64,000 nt of DNA, taken from assembly GCF_036321535.1 (NCBI RefSeq), contig NC_087436.1, forward strand, positions 248,001 through 312,000, given 5' to 3'. The notes below the pieces were generated by a model. The model did not search any database and was not told the DNA's origin. It worked only from the letters and a program-made list of their open reading frames with translations. Every line of letters starts with the position of its first letter. The first letter of the stretch is position 1. Source of the DNA: Camelus dromedarius. Lineage: Eukaryota. The position numbers and the translations under genes are program-made. Of the stretch, positions 25,051 through 36,856 are shown piece by piece.

Positions 25051-27289
25051 AGTTTCCAAGAAGACGGGATCTGTCATAAGAGGGGAGGTAGGGCTGGTGT
25101 GCCAGATGCCGGGTTAGGTGCAGTCTGACAGGAGAGCCATGGTGAGAGGACTCAGAGCGGCCCCTGTGTAGGCGGGGCTAAGAGTTTGAGGTATAGGGTG
25201 GGGGTGGTGTGTGCCTTTCTCTGTGGTCTCCTCACTCCAGAGCAAGGGGCTCTGCTCCCCCCACCCCTCACTGCACTCCCTGCCTTCCCCAGCACCATCT
25301 GGGGTGTGGTCATGTCGGGGCAGGGAAGGCCCAGGCAAGGGGCTCATTCAGGGGCAGGGGCCACTCTGCAGGGATGCTGGACCTGACAGCGATGTGGTGC
25401 TTCGGAACTCCCCTGGGCTGGGTTTCTAACCAGTGTGATGGAAGGGCCTTTCCTTCCTGGGGTGCAGTTGGGGGAAATAGATCCATCATGAATGTCAGCC
25501 CTGAAAATGGAGGCTGCGCTACATCCATTCCTGGAAAGAAAAATCAGGCCCCTCCAGTCCAGGTGACTCAGAAAGTCATTCAGCAATGTTTGGGGTCCCC
25601 AGTTTACGTTTTCAACTAGAGCTGAGCTGCTCAGGAGGCCAGATCTCTGTCCGTGGCTCCAGGAGTAGGCTTTCTGTTGGGCGACAGGATCCTCACAAAC
25701 ACGTGTGTCTTTGTGGGTCACTCCCCTCTGACAAGCTGGGAGGCAGGGTGCAGTTGTGGGAAATCGTGTTTCCATGAGGAGAGGGCCACCAAGTGGTGGG
25801 GGCACAGGAGACAGTGAGAAAGAGTCCCGCAGCCTTTCTGGAATCAAAAAACTGGCAAATGTGAAGAAGTGCATAATTTGTTTTATTGAACAGGCTGCTT
25901 ATGTACGTTTGGAGGGCCAGGTTCAAGGACTCTGCATCCCTCCAGGACAATAGCCTCAAGAGAAGAACAGAGCAGGAGGAGATATGGGGTTTCTCCCAGG
26001 AATGAGGCAGAACAGGGATTTCTGCAGATTTGCAAGGAGACCCCGACCACTGAGCACGGGGTTACAACCCCACATGACCCCTGTCGTGTTTGGCTTGGGC
26101 TCTGGGTCTGGCCTGATCATGTATTCTTCCAGCTGAGTTCCAGAAACTCAGAGGGTAGATTTAGAGAGGCTGCGTTTGGAACCCGGTGTGGAGACGGAGG
26201 GTCGTTTATCCTGAGTCCCTTCAGCCTAATCACTGTAGCTCAGTTCCAACACCACCCAGGCCCCCAGGGTGGCCGTGGAGGGAGAGCAAGCCTGGCAGGT
26301 GACCCAGGGGTCCCACTGCTGTTCCCCTCCTTTATCTTTGTTCCCTTTCATCCCGGAAGGTGTGATTGTCTCATGTCATGGTGACAAGCCATCTCTCCTC
26401 TGTCAGGTGAGGTCCCCACCCCCACTCAGCCTTCTCTCTGCATGGATGATGAAGGACCAGGCTCACTTGAAGTTCTGAGCTTGAGCAGTAAGGTGGAACC
26501 AAAGAAACCAATGGAAACAAAGAAACAAATCATTGTGGCAAATCTCCCCACCACAGAGAAGCTGCCCTGAGTGGAAGGGTGGGTGTGGGCATGCCCATTT
26601 GTTTCCTGTCTCCCAGTGCTCTTCGCTTTCTTATTGCAGACCTGCATGGTTACAACAAAATGATCTGCAAAACTGAAAATATTTACTCTCTGGCTTTTAC
26701 AGAAAAGGCTGACCAGCCTCTGGTTCCCGTACCGGTCAAGTGATAGGAGTACCTTTCCAGTTTGGAAACATCTGGGCAGGCCCAGGTTTGCAAAATTCTT
26801 TAAGAGTAGTTATGGAGTTTTGCTTCTAAACATTTTTACGGCTGTATACTTAACTGTGGTTGTGCTGTGTAATTCTGAGCCAGGATTTTCTCAAACTGTT
26901 TCTCATTTCTTATACCAGACACCCCTAAATTCCAAGGGGAATGGGATGTTAAGGAAGCCATGGAGTTTAGGAAAAAGATACAGATTTCATTTCCATTTAA
27001 GCATCGATGTATCTCCATCCTAGGCAGTATCTGTTCTGTGGTATTGATAGGGGAACTAAATAGCAACCAAATTTATAGAAAATAGTGGGTCATTGGGTAC
27101 ACAAGTTCTTCTTTTCAACATTTTTGTAATGTTTGCAGTTTAAGATGACCATTCCTGAGAAACAGGCAGCCTCTTAGAATGAAATAGCATTTTCCCTGAA
27201 CCATACTAAATTTTTATTTCGTAGACAGCAGGAAGGACAATCACACATTCAACAATTGGGGACCTCAAAGATAAATGTAACTTTCTGAG

Positions 27290-29765
27290 AGCACACTCCC
27301 CCCGTCTCCCTCTGTTCTTTTCACTGTCCCATTGTCCCTGAAGGCTCTTTCGTATCTTCTGCTCATGACTCCAGTAACTCTTCCTCCTCTTTCCTCAGCT
27401 GGTAAGTTTACTTTTCTACTTTAACCAAGCAAACTGAAGCCAAAAGAAGAGAACATTCACCAGCAACTCCTAGCACATCCGCTCACCTTCTGATGTCTGT
27501 GACCTCACTCTCGCTTCCCCACCTCTTATTACAGGTGACATCAAAAGCCATATCATCCAAAAGTCGCCAGGGGGCCCATCCATCCAATCTTCTCCAAGCT
27601 GTCTCTCCCACATCCATCCTCTCTGTCACTACCTCATCTATTTTGTTCTCCTGCTAGTTGGCTCCCATCAGTATATAAAAGTCCATCCTCTTAAAAGAAA
27701 CAAACAGCACTCCTTGACTCTAATTGGCCCCCACCAATTGCCACCCCATGTCTTTGCAGCAAATCTTTAATGAGTAGTTTAAACTCACTGTCTAAATATT
27801 TTCTTGAGCCATCCGCTTTTGCACCCACTCTGGCTTTTCCCCTGATCCCTCGCTCTATGGAAACTGCACTGTCAAGGCCATCAGTGACCCCACGTTGCTA
27901 AATATAGTGGTCAGTTTTTAGTCTTCGTCATGCTTGGCCCTTTGGCAGCATTTGACCCAGCTCTTCCATCCCTCCTCCCCCGTGTTCCTGCTTTACTTGA
28001 CCTCCAGCCTATCGCTCTGCTTTCGATCTTCTGGCTGGTCTTTTGCCAACGTCTCCTCTTTTTTCCAAACATTTACTGCGAATGTGCCCCGGAGTTGGGT
28101 CCTGGGTCTCTCCTCAATCTCTCTGCTATAACTTTGGTGGAAGCAACCAGACTTGGAAATTGACATGCCATCAATTTCTCGATTTGTCCAAACTCCCTGA
28201 TTTGCCCTTTCCATTTGGAACTCTCTCCCTGATACTCATATTCTTTTTCTTTCACTCATCTTGCTTTCACATTCATACATATGTTCTACTGTGTAAATTA
28301 CTTTTCCAAATTTTGAATCAGTCCATATATATCATGTAAAATGCTCAGATCTCTATTATTTCCACTAAGATGCTTATTCTACCTTAGAACCTTTCTGCAT
28401 TTCTGTATTTATGTCAATAAAGTGAATAGTATTTCTACAAGCCTCATAGTTAAACAGTGTGTTTGTTTGGGGCTATTATGTAACATGAAATAATGATACA
28501 TCAACATAGTCTTTTTTCATTTAATTTTATGTAACACCAAGATGAGGTTTTTGCATGAAGACTGGTTTTATTGAAATTTTACCTAAGTTATGGACAGTCA
28601 GTTTATGTGAAAGCCCTCATTTCTCCTCTTTTCTGATATATTTTCCATTTGGCTATTATAACATATACATTGGCATGAAATAAAATTCCAAAATCATTCA
28701 CATAATAAAATCAATACATTTAAATTATATTTTTTAATGTTAATAAGAAAGAAAAAGAAACCCAAACTCCTCTACTTATTAGGCATTTCTGTGGCAATAT
28801 CTAATAGACTCCTTAACCATGACATTGAAGAACTGAGCTGATTCCTACCCCTTTCCACCTGCTCAGCCCCATATTGTCCCATCCCCTGTGGATGGAGAGG
28901 ACATCCATCCCATTTTCCAGGTCCAGATATTGGAACCATGTTCTTTCTCTCTCTTTCACTTACACACACACACACACACACACACACAGCAAATACAGCT
29001 TGTTAGAAAATCCTGGCTACTCTGAATTCATTAACCACCTACTCCCTGTTCCCCACCCTCCTAGGAGCCACCTTCAACCCCTTGTTGGACACCAAATAGC
29101 CTCCTTCTTCCATCTTTGCTTTTCTACAATCTCATCCACACAGAGTCAGAGGGAGCCTATAAAAGCATACATTGAGGGGGTGGGTGTAGCTCAGTGATAC
29201 AGTGCATGCTTAGCATGCATGGGATCCTGGGTTCAAACCACAGCACCTTCACTAAAATAAATAAATTAACCTCCTCCCAAGAAAACCCAAAACAAAAGCA
29301 TAAATTGGACATCACCCATCCCATCAAAACTCACTAAAAGGGTCACCATTCCATTAGGAGCCAAAGTCGTCCCAAAGTCTTCCAGGACCCGGCCTGCTCT
29401 GCCTCTCCGCCCACACTCTCCCCATCACTCTGGGGGCCTCTGGCTCCGGCTCTTCCTTCTTCCTCCGGATCTATTCTGCTTCAAGTTCATTACTCCGTGA
29501 GATCTGCCAGGATTGCCTTATTCCCTCCTGCCTGCCTCCCACCCCACCACCATCACCTGAGTTTGCTCATATCACTCTTATTTTTCCCCAAGCTCTTGCT
29601 ACCCCCATCATGTTGCCTGTTTTCTCTGCTAAAACTCTGAGCCCCCAGTGATGGGGAGTCGTGTCTATTTTGTTGACTAATAAAGCCCAAGAGCCTTGGG
29701 AACGGGTATAGTTACTAGATTCCCATAAGTAGTAGGAGCTTATACAGATTTGCTGAATGAATGCA
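27290..29765 (+). mobile_element. Fragmented L2 LINE, interrupted by an AT-rich element (~28200-28760), (CA)n and a SINE
   Basis: L2-like motifs: GAAACTGCACTGTCAAGGCCATCAGTGACCCCACGTTGCT, CAGCATTTGACCCAG, GGGTCTCTCCTC; 3' end TTTGCTGAATGAATG. Confidence 0.7.
29175..29293 (+). mobile_element. tRNA-derived SINE (camelid type) with target-site duplication
   Basis: GGGGGTGGGTGTAGCTCAGTGATACAGTGCATGCTTAGCATGCATGGGATCCTGGGTTCAAACC with A/B boxes. Flanked by AAAAGCATACATTG (29161) and AAAAGCATAAATTG (29294). Confidence 0.88.
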
Positions 29766-30447
29766 GAGGTCCTGGTCCAATTCGATGGAGCACTTCTGTG
29801 TCCTGCTCAAAGATTAACTCTCCTTTCCTCCTGAGAGAGGGTGACCACTTCCTTGGTGATCAAAGCAAGATCTATTTTCTTTATGCTGTTAACCTTAGGC
29901 GGGGAGACTGGGGGATCTTCATTTATATTTTAAAATTTGATTCACTCTGCAGTTTGTCTCCTGTCTATGTATCCTTTTGAGAAACCGTTTATGAGTGATC
30001 ATTCTTCCATCAGATTGAACAGGATCCAGGGGGAAGCACCAAGCCTGTCCCATCGGCCATCCTGTGTGTCATGTCCTGTGACCCAGTGGATGCTCAGCAT
30101 GTATGTGAACCAAAAGGAGTGAGTGAAGAGATGGGAACATCTCATTATTGTGGTGGCTGCACTCTGTCCGATGCCTTGAGATATGGGGAAGGGTTTACAA
30201 CTGCGGAGGCGAGATGTCAGGTCCTCTGTGCTCTTCCTGAGTGCCCTGGCCTTACCCATTCCCCCAGCCCCCTCTGGGCAGCCAAGCCCAGGAGCTGGGC
30301 CACCGGCAAATGTGCTGATCAATAATCCACCTCACCCAAAGTCCGGGGGTAAGAGCGGCCAGCACAACTGGTTGTAGACTCTGAAGTCAGGTCCTTGGAG
30401 GAATTCCTCACTGAACAATGTTTTGGACCTTTTATTTTTCTCTATAG

Positions 30448-33400
30448 CCTCCAGCTGAAGAAACAGATTGCCTTAGGTACATGAAAGTGAGGACACCTAC
30501 TATCCCCATGGAGCCCAGTTGGGCCTGGGAGTCTGCTGTTTGTACAGCCGGTGGGCTCGTGTTGCTTTGGGCATCCCTGTGCCTGAATTCCTGCAGTACA
30601 CTCGGTGGTAAGAACGGGGGTGCCTGGCAGGGAGGGAAGCGGGTCGGGAGACTACACAGCTGGGGAGACGTTAACCTGGGGTGAGCGGGAGCCGGCTGAT
30701 GCATGGAATCTCGGTGCAAGGAACTCTCCAAACTCAGAGAGGTTCCCACTCCCGCAGGGTCCCTTTGATCAGGGTGCTAGGCTGTCAGCACTGCAGGATC
30801 CCTGTGAGGATCACGGTGCCTTCAGGCAGTGGGAATTAAGGGGTCCAGTGGCAATTAAATTGACTGTGCACCCAAAGCCAACCCCTGTCTGTTTCAGCCT
30901 GTTTCCTAATCTGCAAAACTGGAATGATGTTAACCATCCCGCAGGTTTGTTGATGGGCTGGGACACACTAGACAGCCAGGAGCTGGAATTCCTCTGTGCC
31001 CTGATTGTTATCCTTCCTTCACACTATTTACTCTCACAAGTTCAGTCTCTCTGTCTCTCTCTCATTCACTTGTAACTTTCTCTACTGCTCTGATTTCATT
31101 TGATTCCCACCCTCCTCCCAATCCCCAGATGAGTGAAATTAATTTCTGTGTGTCAGTTCCAAATTCCTGGGAAAGATGCTCTGTCCTCTCTGGATTGGTT
31201 GTCCAACCCATCAGTTGCAGTCAGAGGAGTGAGTCCCTCTGTGACCAGAGGAGGGGCTCTGCCCAGCCCCCCAGCCACCACTGTGGGAGCACATAGCTCT
31301 CCGAGGAGGAGGTACTGGCTGTGACTTGGTGTCACTAAGTGTGAATTTATCTCTCCTCTTGCCCCACCTTCATCCTCCTAAACAAAGATGAAAATTATAC
31401 ACTCCCGAGATTTGTGTCATGGAACACTCAGGGTGGGGGCTAAGAGGGCTGGATTCCCTGCTGAATGTAAGGGGCTACAGTGATTCCCCAACGAGAGCTT
31501 GTAAAGGAAACAGCACCAGCCCCACTGGACACTTAGGGTGCTGAGTCTGCGTGACATTGAGCCAGGCTTCTGACCACAGCTCAGGGGACTGGTCCGACCG
31601 GTTAGTCTTTGAAACCAACCAGCTTTGGATTCCTCAATCCCTCCCTGAGGTTTTACCTGAACCACGAGCTTCTGTATCTCTGAAGACAGATGATGAGGAC
31701 CCTTCACGTAAGGCATTTGCACAGCCCTGTGCGGGAATTTGTGCTGCACGGTCTGCCCGGCGAGCTGACCAAAGTTCGTATTTTACTGATCTTAGAAATA
31801 GTCTGGTTTCCTGATGCACTGTTTCACTGAACAAGCAACAGAAGCCACCTCTGGCTGATAAAAATCAAAAAGGGACTTAATGAAAAGATACTGGGAGGGT
31901 GCATGGAGTGGCCCAGACCAGAGCCGACCCTGGGGCCGTAGGAGATGTTGGGGAGCCCCAGGCACCAGGCTGCGCAGGGTGCTACCGGGCCCCCTGCTGC
32001 CCCAGCAGGGACCCCCCCTCCTCCTGACACTCCACCTCACTGCAGGTTCATGTCCCGGCAGGGCCAGGTCACACTGAAGCCACCAGCACACACCTCAATG
32101 GGGGAGTTGGCCCCTTCTCAGCTGAGGGCGTGCCTGGTGTAGGGAGAGGCCCAGTTAGAGGAAGACGGTTCCCCTACTGTTCCGAGTTAATGCGCAAGTC
32201 AGTGCCCATCACTCAGGAGAGCCGGGCTGGCCTGACCTCATTGTGGTGACTAGGCCGTCTGAGTTCACGTATTACTTTTTAGGTTGGAAGGCCCAAGAGG
32301 GAGAAAAAGTGGAGGTTCTAGTACTTATTTTATATTTCCCATGTACCAGGTGCGGTATGCAAGCCACTTCAGACAAGGCCCATAACAACCACATTAATAG
32401 GCCACGGAGAAAGTCGTGCATTCAGGCCTCTGCAGCCCCGAAACGCGTGTCCTCATCAGTTCCGTAGTTACCAGTGGAAGTTGTAGGGATTTATGGGACT
32501 GTGTGCTCCTGTGGGGCTGGGATGTGTGTGTTTAAATCCACATCTTCAGAAACTCGGCCAGAACCACAGCCACTGATTGTCTGCATGGAGGCAGAGGAGG
32601 GGAGGCTTCCAGCCTCTGGTCCAGCTCGTGTGGAGCTCAGAAATTGCTCCTTCTGTCCTGAAAACAACACCAGAGCTGAGGGAGCTGAAAACCCACTGCT
32701 GTTCTTAGACCCACAAGAAAACTGAGGGGGAAAGCTGCTCCCAACCCAGAGAGGCAGCCGGGCAGGCTTGGAGAGTCACAGCTCCCAGGGCAGAACCCGC
32801 TATTGTAAGAAACTAGGGGGCAGGCAGATTTAACAGGTCCCTGAGGCCAGCTGGAAACAGCGTGGGGAAGTCTGAGTGTGACAACTTCAGGGGGCCAGTC
32901 AGAGGGGCCCCCTGCTCTTTTTCATGCATTTTACTTCGAGGACAGTACCCTGTTCTCAGAGTGAAAATCATAGGAAAACTCCTCATGCTTCCTGCCAGGA
33001 AAGGATAAAATAACTCTAATGAAATACACCCAGAACATTCTCTTCCATTGTGGGGGGTTGTGTTTTTTTTTTAAATGAGAAATTATTTTACCAGAGCCTA
33101 ACCAGCCTGGGGGAAGGGAAATCCCTTCTGTCTCACCCAAATTGGGGTGAAGGGAAAGAGACACACTTGTGGAGGTCACAGCTCAGGGCACAGGCTAAAT
33201 GAGAACTAATCACAGGAGTATAGATGCCCTGCTCTGTTCCACTACCCCAACACCTTACCTCCATGTCAGTAGGGCCTCTGTGTAATAACAGGAATAAAAT
33301 TAAAAGAAGTTAATGTCTCAGGAGTGTCTAGGGAAAACCCAAAGACAGCGGGCGGATGAAAACAAGGACACACAGGCAGCTTTAGCCTCTCACACCAAAG

Positions 33401-34089
33401 GCTGTAGCAAACTACACACAGCCCTTCCCAGTAGATAAACAGAAAACCTCACAGAAAAAACTATTTATTTTGGTTCTCTTACCCAGTGCATTCCATGGTG
33501 CATCCTCACCTAGAATTGAGTGGAAGCAAGTCCATTTCAGAAGGGACATAACTGAAGAGGAATGGCTTTCCAGACTCTGAAGGGCAGAGAAACACCAGCC
33601 TGGGTTAGAGAAAGGTGAGGGGTGGGGTAAGGGGTGGGCTGCCTTCCCCAAATAAGGAACCTTCCTGAGGCCAGCACAGTGGGAGGGAGGGCCATGGGGT
33701 GGAAGCAGATAGACTTCTTCCTGAGAACTGATGGGATGCCTCAAAGGGACCATTCAGGTGCCCATTCAGGTGTCTTGACGGTGGGAGCCAGTTGGTCTGC
33801 CTCAGAGCCCAGGACTGAGTTGGGTGCATAGCAGGCAGGTCTTACTTAGCCGGATCCATTTCACTTCTCCGAAGCCCTGTGTAAAACATGAAGCGTGAAC
33901 GGCCTGGTGAGCACAGCTCTGCCCTCAAGACCGGTTTCTACTCCTCTCTTCCCAGAGAACAGCATCTCTGAGCCCGTCCTGGGTGACCTCACAGAGATCA
34001 CCCTAGTGGCCCAGGCTAGTGACCGGGAACATGTACCTTCCTGCAGCCAACCCCAGACGTCCACTGATGCATCATATACTGGCAAATAT
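30448..34089 (+). pseudogene. Candidate degenerate exons of a fibronectin type III domain gene (30448-30550, ~31580-31707, 33956-34089); parent gene not recognised
   Basis: Good splice signals: TTTTTCTCTATAG|, CAC|GTAAGG, CTCTCTTCCCAG|, TAT|GTGAGT. 31707 joins 33956 in frame: SGDWSDRLVFETNQLWIPQSLPEVLPEPRASVSLKTDDEDPSQNSISEPVLGDLTEITLVAQASDREHVPSCSQPQTSTDASYTGKY. GDWSD.L.FET resembles an FN3 C-terminal strand, and LGDLTEITLVAQ resembles FN3 strands A/B. Confidence 0.35.
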
Positions 34090-34149
34090 GTGAGTTCATG
34101 TGCATTGGTCTAACAGCAGAGACTCTGCCACAGGCCCAAGAGGTGGTGT

Positions 34150-34330
34150 GTGGGACATACAGGGGTGCAGGACTGTAAGCAGTGCAAAGGTGTAAGTGGT
34201 GGCAGGGGTGCAGGGGCTGTGGAGGGTGAAGGCAGTTCAGGGGTTGTGGGGGTGCAGGCAGTGCAGGGAGTGTCAGGGGTGCAGAGGTACAGGGAGTGTA
34301 GGGGTGCAGGGAGGTGCTCAGGCAAGTGCA
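34150..34330. repeat. Degenerate GGGGTGCA(G) minisatellite
   Basis: Repeated GGGGTGCAG / GGGAGTGT motifs with ~9-12 bp period. Confidence 0.8.
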
Positions 34331-34369
34331 CATCCTCGCAGTCAGCCTGACCACGGGAGGCTAGTGCAA

Positions 34370-36450
34370 TGGTTTGGGGCGGCGGAAGCGGAGGCGGCGG
34401 CGGGTGGGAGGCTGCCCGGGCAAGCCGGTCGATTTCTTCTTTTCCCTGCAGCCTGGCCTGGGGGTGCTTTGGCCGCCGGAGATTCGCCAGATGTTGGACT
34501 CCAAGTAAGCTTGCTCCTGGGAGGTGGGGCGGTTAGGTCAGCAGGCGGCGGCAGCGGTAGGGGGGCGGAGCGGGGCTGCCCCTGGCGAACTGGTGGAATA
34601 GCTGCCTTCTCCCGGCTGCCGGGCCTGGGAGCAGCCTCTGCTGCCCCAGGTCGCCGGACACACCTGTCCCACTCAGCTTGCTGAGTGGGGAGTGGAGGCG
34701 GTGCCGTTAATGTGCGGGGACCACGGGGGTAGGGGGGCTGCCGCGGGGGAGCCGGTCAATTCTCTCCGCACTCCCCCGCGGCGGAGCCTGGGGGCGGCCT
34801 CCGCTGCCCTAGAGGCGGGACGCCGGTCTCCAGGTGAGCTTGGTCCTGGGAGGTGGGAGCAGCGGCGCCAGGGGGAGGGGGTCCTTTCCAGGGAGCTGCT
34901 CCATTACTTCTCTCCCCCGCGGCCTGGCCTGTGGGCGACCTCTGCCGCCGGAGATTTCCCTGAGTCCGACTCCAGGTAAGCTTGCTCCTGGGAGATGGGT
35001 GCGGTGCGGTCAGGGAGCTGGTAAGGTGGTGGCTGCGGGGATAGGGTGGCTGCCCCGGGGTAGCTTGTGTATTAGCTCCATGTCTGCACCGCATGGCCTG
35101 CAAACGGCCTCTTCTGCCCCAGGTCCCGGGACACCCCTGTCCCACTTAGCTAACTGGGGGCGGGAGGCAGGGTAGACATGGTGCAGGGGTGGCGGGGTTC
35201 GGGGGCCTGCAGCTGGGAAGCTGGCCCATTTGCTCCCATCTTCCCCGCGGCTTGTCCTGGGGGCGGTCTCTGTTGCCCTGGGTTACGGGACACGTGTATC
35301 CTAGTCGGCCTGACCCCGGGAGGCTGGCGTGGTACGTTGGGGGTGGTGGCAGCAGCGGTGGGTTTTCCCATGAAGCTGGTCCATTTGCTCCCATTTCCCC
35401 TCATGGTTTGCTCTGGGGGCGGTCACTGTTGCCCCAAGTTCACCGGACGTCCATCTCCAGGTCAGCCTGCTCCCTAGAGGCGGCCACCGAGAGGTCAGGG
35501 GGCAGGAGCGGTGGCTGATGCGGGGGGATGGGGATGCCTTGGGGAGTTGGTGGATTGGCTTCTGTCTCCCTGATGGCCTGGTGTGGGAGCCGTCTCTCCT
35601 GCCCTAGATCACCAGACACACCTGTCCCATTCAGCCTGCTGGGAAGGGTCGCCCTGGGCGGTGCCTTTAAGGTGCGAGGGTGGCAAAGGCGGAGGTAGAG
35701 GACCTGCAGCGCGGAGCTTGTCAATTTGCTCCCCTCTTCCCCGCGGCCAATCCTGGGGGTGTCCTCTGCTGCCCAAGAAGCTGGATGCCCGTCTCCAGGT
35801 CAGCTTGCTCCTGGGAGGCGGACGCGATGAGGTCGAGGGGCAGGGGCAGCCGGCCGTCGCAGCTTCCTAATGGGGCCACTTCTCCTTTCCCCTGACCTGG
35901 CCTGGGGACGGCCTCTCCCGCCCAAGATTCGTCTGACACACCACACCAGGTCAGGTTGCTCCTGGGAGGTGGGCGCGGTGTGATCAGGGGGTGGGGAGGA
36001 GAGGGGTGCTGCCTATTGTGAGCTGGAGGATAACCTCCCATCTCTCTGGAGGCCTGACATGGGGGCGGCCTCTGCCGCCCCTCGTTCCCAGGTCACACTT
36101 CTCAGGGTCATATTGCCCCGGGGATGAGTTAAGGTGCGGGGGTGGCGGGGTGATGTCGAAGGTATGGAGCCTGCCGCTTGGGAGCTGGTGGTTTAGCTCC
36201 CATCTTCCCAGCAGCTTGGCCTGGGGGTAGCCTCTGTTGCCCCAGGTTGCAAAGCACAGTTTCCCTGACAGCTTAGCCACCTGAGGTGGGCAGGATGTGC
36301 TGAGGGGGCAGAGGCAGCTGCCAAGGCAGTGACGGAGGGGGCTGTCCCAGGCCAGCTGGTCTATTTGTTCCCATCTCTACCTTTGCTGCCCTAGTTTCGC
36401 AGGACGTCCTTCTCCAGTATTTCCTTCTCCTGGGAGGTGGGCGAAGTGCA
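34370..36450 (+). repeat. GC-rich tandem array, ~13 diverged units of ~160 bp, with trimeric higher-order structure
   Basis: Variants of the core CCTGGGGGCGGCCTCTGCTGCCCC at ~34456, 34624, 34787, 34928, 35097, 35256, 35412, 35583, 35752, 35901, 36058, 36220 and (partial) 36380. Most units end in CAG|GT(A/C/G)AGCTTGCTCCTGGGAG. Confidence 0.88.
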
Positions 36451-36743
36451 TGCAGCCCAAGGTCTGGGCTCTCCCCTGGGGAGGGGCAGAACTCTATTGT
36501 TCTCATTTGTCTTTATTCTTCAGCGAAGGGGTTACTGGACCCAATTCTTAATTCTGAGAATGTGTAGCCTATGTTAAGGAAGAGCTGCTGGACAGTGTGG
36601 TTTCTAGGTGGGTTTTCACATCAGCTGATGCCCAAGGCAGGCAGGAAAGCTATTACTCAGAGCTCCTTAGTGTGGAGTTGGGGGGTGGCCCTGCTGTCCT
36701 CACCATACTTTTTAAAAATGTGTCACTCCCCTTTTTTTCCTAG

Positions 36744-36856
36744 GTGACATTTTAGGTTATTGGGTCACAGATTCCTGGCACAATCATCCCTGTTCTCAAA
36801 CATCTTTTAAACTTGGATGAAGTGATAAGTAGGGGAAGAAGATGATTTGCTGAAAG
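36744..36856 (+). other. Candidate 113-nt non-coding internal exon
   Basis: Acceptor CCCTTTTTTTCCTAG|G and donor AAG|GTAAGA are near-consensus. Stops in all three frames. Not MRAP2 exon 2 or 3. Confidence 0.55.

Noticed and set aside
29175..29250. tRNA gene
   Set aside because: A/B boxes present, but with an A-rich tail, a 14-bp TSD and related copies at 9.0 and 56.3 kb, so it is a SINE.
34196..36506. Many ORFs, and superficially CRISPR-like periodicity, in the GC-rich array
   Set aside because: Eukaryotic DNA. Units are diverged along their whole length with no identical repeat/unique spacer pattern, and the ORFs reflect GC content.
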